A stretch of DNA of 64,000 nucleotides from IMG/VR virus record IMGVR_UViG_3300042305_002533, positions 32,001-96,000 of that record; one strand, written 5' to 3'. Source of the stretch: a virus. The position numbers and the translations under genes are program-made. The notes beneath the pieces are model-generated. The model was not told the DNA's origin. It made no database searches and was given only the letters and a program-made list of their open reading frames with translations. Below, piece by piece: positions 37,206 to 46,611 of this stretch (the stretch's first letter is position 1; each line of letters starts with the position of its first letter).

Positions 37206-38919
37206 GAGTTCTTCTCCCTCCGTTGACACGTCAAACCTCGCCGATCCAGTCGCACTGAACGGCGCAAACCACCCGAACCCGGCGTTTGATTACCTCACGG
37301 GGTTCGTACCAAGAAAGCTCAAGGACCTTTTCAAGTGGGCCGAATACCTCGCGTTCAACTCGGCGCACATCTACGGCGTCGTAAGAAAGTTCGGGGAGTA
37401 CCCGATTACGTCGTTCGTCTATGACACGACGTCGCCGGACGAAAAGCAGCGGCATCAAGACCTGTTTGAAAAAAAGACGCGGCTCAAGGGGTTTCTAACG
37501 CAGGTCTCGTTTGATAAGTGGATTTACGGCAACGCGTTCGTGAGCGTCTTTGAGCCTATCAAGCGCTGGCTCCGTTGCACCAAGTGCCGCACAAAAGAAG
37601 ACGTAAAAGTCGCGGATTACAAGTACGTCGACACTTCAACGGCGTTCAAACTGAAGTGCCGGAACTGCGGCTTTGAAGGCGTGGCCGAGGTCGAGGATGA
37701 GAAGCTGATCGACCCGTCGAAGATCAACCTGATCCGATGGGACCCGAAGCTCATCGACATTGACCACAACCCCGTAACCGGACAGAGCGTCTACTACTAC
37801 ACGATTCCGCGAACGCTCGTGCAGCAGGTCAAAGAGGGCAATAAGCATCTGATCGGCACCATGCCGATGGAGATGCTCAAAGCCATGAAGGCCAAGAAGA
37901 CCTTCAAATTTGCCGACGGTCAGATTTTTCACCTGAAAGTTCCAGGACCGGCGGGCGTGGAGTCGCAGTGGGGCTTCCCCCCGATCACCAGCGCCATCAA
38001 GCTCTTTTTGTTCGCCGCGATCCTTCGGCGCGCGAACGAGGCCATCGCGCTTGAGCACATCACGCCGTTTCGCGTAATTCACCCGCAAACCGCGTCAGGC
38101 AACGGCGATCCGCTTCTACAGCTCAATCTCGAAGAGTGGCGGCGAGAGCTGGAGAAAAATTACAAGCAATTCCGCAAAGACCCTCTGCGTATGCAGTTTT
38201 CACCCGTGCCCATCGGCGTCCAAAACGTCGGCGGAGACGGCCGCGCAATGCTGACGCTCGGCGAGCTACAGGAAGCGGAGAAGAACATTGTCCTGTCCAT
38301 GGGCGTGCCCATGGAGTTCCTGGCGGGCGGACTTGGGCAGATGCGCGGCGAGGTTACGCTGCGCATGTTGGAAAACCAGCTGCAAACGCACATCGAGGAC
38401 CTGAACGGGCTGATCCAGTGGGTCGAAGGAAAGTGCGCACGCTTCTTGGGCTGGGCTTCAATCCCGATGCGCCTCGCGGAGTTCAAGCTGCTTGACGACG
38501 TTGAGAACAAGCAGATTTACTTCCAGCTCTGGCAGCAGGGTAAGATCAGCGATACAAAGATCGGTGAACTCTTCGGCATCGACTGGGAGCACGAGCGCAA
38601 GCAGAAGATGGAAGATGTCTTGAGCGAAATGAAATCGCAGATGCAGCTTGAAGCTGCGCAGAAGAAGCTGCAGAACGCGCTCTCGCAACAGGCGGCAAAC
38701 AAAGCACAGATGTCTCAAAACCCGGCGCAGTACGACCAGCAGGCAATTATCGCGCAGGCCGATCAGATCGCCCAAGAGTTCGCCCAAATGGACATCGGCA
38801 CGCGCCGATCGCGCATGGACGCACTCAAGAACGAGGACCTCATCATGGCCTCGGTGGTGCGCGAGCGGCTTGAGCAGATGCAGCAAGACCAGGCAGCAGC
38901 ACAGCGGGCACAGGGATGA
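37204..38919 (+). CDS. Probable portal protein with zinc-ribbon insertion
   Basis: 571 aa; IYGNAFV, IFHLK..WGFPP, MGVP-x-EF motifs in portal-like order; CTKC..CRNC; Gln-rich C-terminus; first gene of head module. Confidence 0.6.
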   Translation: MSSSPSVDTSNLADPVALNGANHPNPAFDYLTGFVPRKLKDLFKWAEYLAFNSAHIYGVVRKFGEYPITSFVYDTTSPDEKQRHQDLFEKKTRLKGFLTQVSFDKWIYGNAFVSVFEPIKRWLRCTKCRTKEDVKVADYKYVDTSTAFKLKCRNCGFEGVAEVEDEKLIDPSKINLIRWDPKLIDIDHNPVTGQSVYYYTIPRTLVQQVKEGNKHLIGTMPMEMLKAMKAKKTFKFADGQIFHLKVPGPAGVESQWGFPPITSAIKLFLFAAILRRANEAIALEHITPFRVIHPQTASGNGDPLLQLNLEEWRRELEKNYKQFRKDPLRMQFSPVPIGVQNVGGDGRAMLTLGELQEAEKNIVLSMGVPMEFLAGGLGQMRGEVTLRMLENQLQTHIEDLNGLIQWVEGKCARFLGWASIPMRLAEFKLLDDVENKQIYFQLWQQGKISDTKIGELFGIDWEHERKQKMEDVLSEMKSQMQLEAAQKKLQNALSQQAANKAQMSQNPAQYDQQAIIAQADQIAQEFAQMDIGTRRSRMDALKNEDLIMASVVRERLEQMQQDQAAAQRAQG

Positions 38920-39362
38920 GCGACGACTTCGGCAAATTTATCGATCAAGCGCAAACGGCAGACCGCGTCGAGAGCCGGTTTGCCGGGCTTGAATCTGAGC
39001 TAGAGGTTCACGCCGGGACCAAGAAGAAAGCCAAGTACACCTACGAGTGCCGGGTGTTCACGGTCTTTCGGCCTTGGCAGGAGTGTCATCGGTGCCAGAA
39101 AGCGTTTCGTCCAAAAAAGAACGCAGAAGGCCAGTGGGAAGACCCGGACCTGGAGATGCCGGAAGACGAAGACTACATCTGCCCCCATAACGAGATGGCG
39201 GAGTACTCACAGCTCGTCAACAAGATTTCACGGGGTGAGGCGCGTCTGATTCGCCGCTCTTTGGAAACGCTGAAGACCGGCGTCGTGCAAGCGCTACTTG
39301 AATGGGGCGAGCCGAACTTCACGGACAAAAAAGAAGAGCCAGAGCCGTTTCCACGGCTCTGA
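38916..39362 (+). CDS. Hypothetical protein
   Basis: 148 aa, ATGA-coupled to portal; CHRC and CPH. Confidence 0.7.
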   Translation: MSDDFGKFIDQAQTADRVESRFAGLESELEVHAGTKKKAKYTYECRVFTVFRPWQECHRCQKAFRPKKNAEGQWEDPDLEMPEDEDYICPHNEMAEYSQLVNKISRGEARLIRRSLETLKTGVVQALLEWGEPNFTDKKEEPEPFPRL

Positions 39363-39666
39363 CTCTCCGGGCTCACTCGTTCGGGGTCACCCTACGAGCG
39401 AGCCGTCTCTGAATGGCGACGACACTCGCCTCCCAGGCGTTCTCCTGGGGGATGGCGTCGTCGGCGAAGAACTGAGACCAGTTCTTTTCCCTTCTCTCCT
39501 TCCGCCATTCCTGGCGGTTGGCGTTCTTGTACGTGGCCGCCATCAGAGGATGACCACCAACCAGAGGACCGACGTAATGCACATGAAAAACCTCGTTGTC
39601 CGTCACGGACACAATCGTCGCGTGACAATTTCTTTTACCAGCAACACCCACTAAAATTTCGAAGCC

Positions 39667-42600
39667 ATGACTCAGCTGACGCCCGTACTCACCGACGCCG
39701 AAACGCTTCGCGGGAAGATTCACGAGAAGGTCACGGGCGCGCTTACCAACGTGTTCCCGATGGACCTCAAAGGGCGCACGCTTGAGGTGAAGGACATCAA
39801 AGTCCATCACCGGGACTACTCGTCCGACGAGCAGAAGAAAGCCCTGCTGAGCGGCGACTCCCTGCAGACGCCGGTGAAGGGGACGTTGGTGCTCAAGGGC
39901 GCCGATGGGCGTGTGATCGACGAGGCGAAAAACTTTACCCTCGTCCACATCCCGTACATGACGCCACGGCACACCGTGATCGCGGACGGCAACGAGTATC
40001 AGTTCGCAAATCAGATTCGCCGTAAGCCCGGCGTGTACACGCAGCGCGCCGAAAACGGAGAGCTCAAGACGATCTTCAACACGGGTCGGGGCGATAACTT
40101 CAATCTCAGCTTCAACGAAGCCAAGGGCACGTTCTCGCTACAGTACGGAACGAGCAACATTCCGCTCTACGCAACCTTACGGGGCTTGGGCGTAACGCAC
40201 GACGAGATCTCCAAGCATCTCGGAGAAGGCGTCGCCAAGGCCAATCAAGTCGCGCACGAAAAGCACATTGATACGGCGATCTCGAAGCTCTACCAGAAGC
40301 TCGAACACCCGGCCGTTTACGACCCGAAACTCCCGCACGTCGCCAAAGCCGAAGCGATCAAAAAGAAGTACAGCATCGCGTCGCTTGACCCGGACGTGAC
40401 CGAGCACACGCTGGGGCAAGCGCACGACCGCGTAACCCCGACCGCGCTTCTTCACGCCGCGAAAAAGATGCTCGCCGTGCACAACGGCAAAATCCCGGTC
40501 GACGATACCGACTCGCTGACCTTCAAGACCTTCCACGCCGTCGATGACTTCCTGGCCGAGCGCATTCGTCTGACGGCGCGCACCTGGACGCCCAAAGCCA
40601 AGATGGCGTTCAGCGGCAAGAACAACATTCGTGAGGCGCTACGCCCCGCGCCCTTCTCGGATTCGATCCGCAAGTTCGTGACGACGTCGTCTTTGACGGC
40701 CGTGCCCAGCGGAATCAACCCGCTGGAGCTCATGGATCACGCCGTGAAAGTCACGTCGCTCGGAGAGGGCGGGATCAGCTCTGACCGTGCGATTCCTCTT
40801 GACGCCCGCATGACGCACGCGACGCACTTCGGGGCGCTTGATCCAATACGCACGCCTGAGTGTTTAACCGGCGACGCCGAAGTCTTTACCGCAACGGGCT
40901 GGAAGCGCGCTGACGCCCTTACAGAATCGGACGCCCTCGCTTGCCGGATCGACGGTCGCCTTGAGTTTCATAAACCCGAACGGCTGATTGCCGCGCACTA
41001 TTCGGGCCCACTTCACGGCGTGAACACAGGGAAACTTGAGTACCTGGTCACTCCAAACCACCGCGTTTGGTGCGCTCCCGTAGACGCCGTGTACCCCCTT
41101 GATCAACCCCACGGAACTGGTTGGCGGTTTAGTCGCGCTGATGAAATTCACGCAAAACCTCGCGTATTTGATACTGGGCACGGCGCATTTATTGGAGCAG
41201 GGCCGGACACATTTCAACTGCCTGAAGTCGACGGCGCGCATAATGTGCGGAACGCCGGGCCTATCCCTATGCCGGATTGGGCAGCGTTCATGGGCTGGTA
41301 CCTTTCCGAGGGCTCGATTGGTCGGCACGAAGGGCGCCTGACGCACGTCCTTATTTCCCAAGACCGCACGGCTAATCCCGACTGTTGTGATGCTATCGAA
41401 GCCCTACTTTCTAGGCTGCCGTTTGGCTGGAGGTATGACGCCGCTAGCCGGGCGTTCGCCATTAGCGGAAAACAGCTTGCGAGTTACTTAGAGCCTTTTG
41501 GTTTTTCCCAGGATAAGTACATTCCCGAGTCCTTCTTCAATACCTCTATTGAAGCCCGGGAAAATTTGCTTGAAGCCTTACTGTTGGGCGACGGGCGAAT
41601 CAACAGCGTTCGGGCTACCGGCAAAAATTACAAACAGCAAGTGTTCTGCACTACGAGTGCCCGTCTTGCAGAAGGAGTTGAACGGTTAGCCATCTCTCTA
41701 GGAAAATCGCCTAGGACTCGTCGCTACTCAGATAAGCGAGAAGAGCGATATCTTGATACCTATGAAGTTCGCCTGCTCCGCGACCGGTATCGGCAAGCGG
41801 TTCCTAGAAAAGGCCACTACTACGTAAGGCTCCACGACGGGCTGGTGTATTGCGCCACCGTTCCGGGTGGGCTGATGTACATCCGCTATGGCGCTGGGAT
41901 TGGACACTGGTCCGGTAACTCAGGCCATGCCGGTGTAGACATCCGCGCAACCATCGCCGCGCACCGAGATGACCGGGGAAACTTCTACACGGCCATGAAG
42001 GACGTGAAGACCGGGAAACAGGTCTTCGTGCGAGCCGGCGACCTCGTCAAAAACGTCGTGGCGTTCCCCGGGCAAAACCTCAAGGGGGGCGTCAAAGCGT
42101 TCGTCAACGGGAAGATTGAAGAAGTGCCGGGCTCACGGGTGACGCACGAGATGCTGCACCTGTCGCACCAGTACTCACCGGCGACGAGCCTCATCCCGAT
42201 GATTCACAACATCCAGGGCAACCGCGCGATCATGGGTTCCAAGATGGGAACTCAGGCGCTACCCCTGCTTGATCGGGAGACGCCCTACGTCCAGGTAAAG
42301 AGCCATCTGCCGGGCGAGGTGTCGTTTGAAAAGGTCTACGGGCATCTGACCGTGCCGACATCGCCGGTGCACGGGACGGTGGAGAAGATCCAGGACGGGT
42401 ACATTTATATCCGGCCGCACGGGGAGAAGAAGGCCGAGGACCGCCCCGTCCTTGAGCAGCGGAAGCTCGGGCCGCACACGTTCAACCTGGAGATGATGCG
42501 CCACCAGTTTGAAGACGCCCCTGGCAGGCTCACGACCCGGTCGGGCAACTGGGACTACGGACATCTCCCCGGCTACACGGGGCCTGATGGCGACTCCCTC

Positions 42601-45600
42601 GACTTCTTCGTCGGCGACCACCCCGACGGGCACATCTTCTCGTTCGACAAGCAGCACAACGCCGACGGCAAGGGCTGGAAGACCACGGACACAAAGTTTG
42701 TGGTGGGCGTGACGCCCGAGCAGAAGGCGGAGTTCCGTCGCCGTCAGGCCGTGTACAACTCGGGGCCCGCACCCATGCGGCACGCGAACATCCGAGAGTT
42801 CAAGGACTGGAATCACCTTCAGCAGCACATCAACGAGCACTTCAAGAACGAGAAGGTCGCCGCTGCCAAGGACGACGGCCTCATCAAAGTCCCCTACGAA
42901 ACGAACTTTCCGTTCCCCTCGAAGACCTACCTGCATCACGACATTCAGGTAAAGCCGGGACAGACGGTTCAGCAGGGGCAGCGCCTTGGCGACTCGAACT
43001 TCACGCGCAACGGCACGCTCGCGCTCGGGAAGAACCTGCTCGTCGGATACATGGCCTATCACGGCTTGAACTCCAACGACGCCGTCGTCATCAGCGAAAG
43101 CTGCTCCAAAAAGCTCACCAGCGAGCACATGTACCGCGAGATCTACCCACTCTCGTCACAAATCGAGCTCTCGCGCGACAAGCACAAATCCTATTACGGC
43201 ACCAAGTTCACGCCGCAGCAGTACGCGAAGCTTGATGCTTCCGGCGTGATCAAGCCCGGTACGCGTGTTGACCCAAAAGACCCGCTCGTACTCGGGCTGA
43301 CGCGCGCTCAGATTCAAGGGCAAGACCTTCTCCTTGGGCGCATCTCGAAGTCGCTGACCAAGCCCTACAAAGACGTCGTGCTTCAATGGGAGCACGGCAC
43401 GCCCGGCGTGGTCGTTGAAGTCCTCCGAAGCTCGGGGCAGATCGCGATTCTGATCAAGACCCAGGAGCAGATGCAAGTCGGCGACAAGCTGGCCGGGCGT
43501 TACGGGAACAAGGGCGTCGTCGCGAAGATCGTCGCTGATCACGAAATGATTAAGGACGAGAAAGGCCGCCCGCTCGATCTCATCCTGACGTCCGCTGGCG
43601 TCGTAAGCCGCATCAATCCCGCACAGGTCATCGAAACCGCCGTCGGCAAAGTCGTCGAGAAGACGGGCAAGCCCATTCTCTACGACAACCAGGAGCACAA
43701 GGACGCCGTTCAGTGGGCCAAGGGGCTTTTGAAAGAGCACGGCATCAAAGACAAAGAGCACGTCTTTGACCCTGTGACCAAACGGACGATCGTCGGGCCT
43801 GACGGCAAGGGCGTACTCGTCGGGCGGCAGTTCATCTACAAGCTCTTCAAGAGTACGGACACAAACTTCTCAGGCCACGGCGTCGGCCCGTACGACGTAA
43901 ACGAACAGCCCCTGAAGACTGGCGGGGACGAGAGCGCCAAGGGCATCGGCAAGATGGAGTTCGACGCCATCGTGGCCCACAACGCCCGTAACTTTCTGCA
44001 GGAGGCCGCGTCAATCAAAAGCCAGAAGAACGATGAGTTCTGGCGTGCGATCCAGCTCGGGATGCCGCTGCCGACCCCAAAGCCTTCGTTCGCCTTCAAC
44101 AAGTTCACCGCCATGCTTGAAGGCGCGGGGATCAAAGTCGACAAGCGGGGGTCGAAGTTCAAGCTCTTGCCGCTGACCGACAAAGACATCACACAGCGCA
44201 GCAAAGGCGCGATCACCGAAAAGGAAACGCTGATCGCCAAGAACCTGAAGCCGATTAAGGACGGACTCTTTGACCCGCTGAAGACAGGCGGGCCTCAAGG
44301 CACGCTGTACTCTCACATCGACCTCCATGAGCCGATCCCGAACCCGGTATTCACCGAGCCGGTGCGGCGCCTTCTCGGGCTGTCCACAAAAGACTTCGAG
44401 CAGCGGCTACACGACCATGGCGGCGCGTGGTTTCACAAAGAGCTTCAAAAGATCGACGTTGACACGAAACTCAACGAGCTCACCAAGGCGATGAACAAAG
44501 CGGCGGGCCCTGAGCTCGACAACCTCGTCAAGCAGGTGAAGTACCTCCGCGCCCTGAAGAGCGAAAACCTGAAGCCCCACGAAGCTTACATCCTGTCCAA
44601 GGTGCCGGTGATTCCGCCGGTCTTTCGCCCGGTGCTGCCCGAAATGCGCGACCCGTCCAAGCTGATGGTTGCGGACGCCAACAAGCTTTACGGGCACCTT
44701 CTCGACACGAACAATACGCTCAAGACCACTGCCCTTGAGAGCGATCGCGGCAAGCACCGCGCCCTTGTCTTTAAGTCTGTCGGGGCGGTCTTCGGCATGA
44801 ATGACCCCGAGGACGAGAAGCTGCAGAAGCAGGAAGTGAAAGGCTTCCTACAGAATATTGCAGGCGTGGGCTCCCCGAAGGGCGGCTTCTTTCAGCGCAG
44901 GCTCATGCGCCGAACGCAAGACGTATCAGGACGTGGAACGGCCGTGCCGGACGGAAACCTCGGCATGGATGAAGTGGGCATTCCGGAGCAGATGCTCTGG
45001 CAGATGCTCGACAAACTCATCGTGGCGCGCCTGGTCCGGCAGGGATACTCAGCCCTGCAGGCGCGCGAACTTGTCGACAAAAAAGCGCCCGTCGCCCGCG
45101 AAGCTATGCTGGCTGAAAGTCGTGAGCGTCCCGTACTGATCAACCGCGCGCCGACGCTTCACCGCTGGTCGGTTGTGGCCGCGTATCCAAAGCCGGTGCA
45201 GGGCAAGACGATCCGCGTCAACCCCTTCGTCGAGAAGGGCATGAACCTCGACTACGACGGCGACACCCTTCAGGTGCACGCGCCCGTTCAACCGGGGGCC
45301 GTCGAAGACGCAAAGAAGATGACGCTCAGCCAGATGCTCCTGGCGGACCAACAGCGTAACAAGCTCATGGCCTTCCCACAGCACGAGGCCATCATCGGCT
45401 TTACGCTGGCGTCAAAGGCCACACCTACGGGACCGGCGCACCGATTCAAGACGCGCGACGAAGCCATGGCCGCGTGGCGTTCCGGCAAACTCAAGCTCAC
45501 GGATGGCGTCATCATCGAGCACGAAAAGAAAGCGGGAGCCGACGATTTTAGCGAGCCTTTAGACGGCACGCCGATGACGTCTGACGACGCGCTATGCTAT

Positions 45601-45645
45601 TACCCAGCGGAGAGTGTGACGGGCTATGAACCGCAAGCTAGCTGA
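39667..45645 (+). CDS. Phage multisubunit RNA polymerase: beta fused to N-terminal beta' (intein-containing)
   Basis: Beta: QIRRKPGVY, HFGALDPIRTPE, NRAIMGSKM, GKNLLV, GDKLAGRYGNKGV, SRIN, GKME. Beta': GLFDP, HIDL, VPVIPP.FRP, SGRG, NRAPTLHR, catalytic NLDYDGD (45244-45264). Confidence 0.95.
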   Translation: MTQLTPVLTDAETLRGKIHEKVTGALTNVFPMDLKGRTLEVKDIKVHHRDYSSDEQKKALLSGDSLQTPVKGTLVLKGADGRVIDEAKNFTLVHIPYMTPRHTVIADGNEYQFANQIRRKPGVYTQRAENGELKTIFNTGRGDNFNLSFNEAKGTFSLQYGTSNIPLYATLRGLGVTHDEISKHLGEGVAKANQVAHEKHIDTAISKLYQKLEHPAVYDPKLPHVAKAEAIKKKYSIASLDPDVTEHTLGQAHDRVTPTALLHAAKKMLAVHNGKIPVDDTDSLTFKTFHAVDDFLAERIRLTARTWTPKAKMAFSGKNNIREALRPAPFSDSIRKFVTTSSLTAVPSGINPLELMDHAVKVTSLGEGGISSDRAIPLDARMTHATHFGALDPIRTPECLTGDAEVFTATGWKRADALTESDALACRIDGRLEFHKPERLIAAHYSGPLHGVNTGKLEYLVTPNHRVWCAPVDAVYPLDQPHGTGWRFSRADEIHAKPRVFDTGHGAFIGAGPDTFQLPEVDGAHNVRNAGPIPMPDWAAFMGWYLSEGSIGRHEGRLTHVLISQDRTANPDCCDAIEALLSRLPFGWRYDAASRAFAISGKQLASYLEPFGFSQDKYIPESFFNTSIEARENLLEALLLGDGRINSVRATGKNYKQQVFCTTSARLAEGVERLAISLGKSPRTRRYSDKREERYLDTYEVRLLRDRYRQAVPRKGHYYVRLHDGLVYCATVPGGLMYIRYGAGIGHWSGNSGHAGVDIRATIAAHRDDRGNFYTAMKDVKTGKQVFVRAGDLVKNVVAFPGQNLKGGVKAFVNGKIEEVPGSRVTHEMLHLSHQYSPATSLIPMIHNIQGNRAIMGSKMGTQALPLLDRETPYVQVKSHLPGEVSFEKVYGHLTVPTSPVHGTVEKIQDGYIYIRPHGEKKAEDRPVLEQRKLGPHTFNLEMMRHQFEDAPGRLTTRSGNWDYGHLPGYTGPDGDSLDFFVGDHPDGHIFSFDKQHNADGKGWKTTDTKFVVGVTPEQKAEFRRRQAVYNSGPAPMRHANIREFKDWNHLQQHINEHFKNEKVAAAKDDGLIKVPYETNFPFPSKTYLHHDIQVKPGQTVQQGQRLGDSNFTRNGTLALGKNLLVGYMAYHGLNSNDAVVISESCSKKLTSEHMYREIYPLSSQIELSRDKHKSYYGTKFTPQQYAKLDASGVIKPGTRVDPKDPLVLGLTRAQIQGQDLLLGRISKSLTKPYKDVVLQWEHGTPGVVVEVLRSSGQIAILIKTQEQMQVGDKLAGRYGNKGVVAKIVADHEMIKDEKGRPLDLILTSAGVVSRINPAQVIETAVGKVVEKTGKPILYDNQEHKDAVQWAKGLLKEHGIKDKEHVFDPVTKRTIVGPDGKGVLVGRQFIYKLFKSTDTNFSGHGVGPYDVNEQPLKTGGDESAKGIGKMEFDAIVAHNARNFLQEAASIKSQKNDEFWRAIQLGMPLPTPKPSFAFNKFTAMLEGAGIKVDKRGSKFKLLPLTDKDITQRSKGAITEKETLIAKNLKPIKDGLFDPLKTGGPQGTLYSHIDLHEPIPNPVFTEPVRRLLGLSTKDFEQRLHDHGGAWFHKELQKIDVDTKLNELTKAMNKAAGPELDNLVKQVKYLRALKSENLKPHEAYILSKVPVIPPVFRPVLPEMRDPSKLMVADANKLYGHLLDTNNTLKTTALESDRGKHRALVFKSVGAVFGMNDPEDEKLQKQEVKGFLQNIAGVGSPKGGFFQRRLMRRTQDVSGRGTAVPDGNLGMDEVGIPEQMLWQMLDKLIVARLVRQGYSALQARELVDKKAPVAREAMLAESRERPVLINRAPTLHRWSVVAAYPKPVQGKTIRVNPFVEKGMNLDYDGDTLQVHAPVQPGAVEDAKKMTLSQMLLADQQRNKLMAFPQHEAIIGFTLASKATPTGPAHRFKTRDEAMAAWRSGKLKLTDGVIIEHEKKAGADDFSEPLDGTPMTSDDALCYYPAESVTGYEPQAS
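40861..41919 (+). mobile_element. Intein with LAGLIDADG homing endonuclease in RNAP beta
   Basis: PIRTPE|CLTGD ... VTPNH ... GWYLSEG, ALLLGDG ... VYCATV..WSGN|S; 353 aa. Confidence 0.92.
42436..42861 (+). other. Inorganic-pyrophosphatase-like domain inserted in RNAP beta
   Basis: DYGHLPGYTGPDGDSLDFFV and DTKFVVG match family I PPase motifs; bounded by EKKA and EKVA. Confidence 0.75.
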
Positions 45646-46237
45646 CATGTTGAGCGGGGGCCTGACTTCGACGTCGATCAAGCGCCCAGGCGAGCCAATG
45701 ATTCACGCCGTGAAAACGGAAGGCCCGCTCGGTAACCTGTTGAAGTCGATGGTCCCCGGGCCCTCGATGCACGTGATGCTCCGCGACATGGTGCCGTCGG
45801 CGATGAGCGGCGATGATTGCGGCTGCGACAACGTAGAAATCTTGAAGAAGCTGTCGTCCAAGAAGTACCAGCTGATCCTCGCGTACATTCATTACGGAGA
45901 TCAACTACGGGCGCTCTACCGGGACGGCATCTACGAGCACTTTCAGGAGCACCTGGAAGAGGAGCGCGCCCAGCTCTATCAGATCAACAAGAAGGTCACC
46001 GCCCTGGGGCATGACGCACCTTGTTGTCCGGGCGAAGTGCCGCCGGTGCCGCTCAACGACGCCAAGGCGATTTTTCGTGTCGCCCTGAAGATCGAAGAAG
46101 AATCGGTGCAACTCTGGTCCGATCTTTTCCGTCAAACCGACGACGACGTCGCCCTCAACGGCATGGCCCAGACGTATGCCCAGGAGTGCCAGGGGCACGC
46201 AGACGATCTGAAGCGCTATCTGCGGAGCTGTGAATGA
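45626..46237 (+). CDS. Ferritin-like (bacterioferritin/Dps fold) protein
   Basis: EHLEEERAQ..KVTALG, ALKIEEE, ECQGHADDL four-helix pattern. Confidence 0.65.
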   Translation: MNRKLADMLSGGLTSTSIKRPGEPMIHAVKTEGPLGNLLKSMVPGPSMHVMLRDMVPSAMSGDDCGCDNVEILKKLSSKKYQLILAYIHYGDQLRALYRDGIYEHFQEHLEEERAQLYQINKKVTALGHDAPCCPGEVPPVPLNDAKAIFRVALKIEEESVQLWSDLFRQTDDDVALNGMAQTYAQECQGHADDLKRYLRSCE

Positions 46238-46611
46238 GTCACGTTAGCGGCCACGAGACACCTCAAGTAAAACGAGAGCGCGGGTTCTACCGGGACCCCG
46301 ATCCCCGTTTCAAAGACTTCAAGGGGAAGTTTGAGGACGCATCTCGGAGCAATGGCGAACGGCAGATCAAAGAGGCGGCGATTCGACACGTGCTTGCCAA
46401 GTTCGCGCTACTCGACGAGGCCGGGAACCCCATCGACGGCCTCACCGAAATTATCCGGGGCGACGACTTCGGCTATACTAAGCGCCGCGCTGGACGGCCG
46501 GCCCGGATGAGTGATGAAAAACCTGTCTGGGGGCCGCCATCCGGACTCGGTGCAGGTTGGACGGCGGATCAACTAGGCTGGAACCAGGGCGTGTCGTACG
46601 GAGGTGTGTAA
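46234..46611 (+). CDS. Hypothetical protein
   Basis: 125 aa; coupled on both sides; KEA and KFA motifs. Confidence 0.65.
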   Translation: MSHVSGHETPQVKRERGFYRDPDPRFKDFKGKFEDASRSNGERQIKEAAIRHVLAKFALLDEAGNPIDGLTEIIRGDDFGYTKRRAGRPARMSDEKPVWGPPSGLGAGWTADQLGWNQGVSYGGV

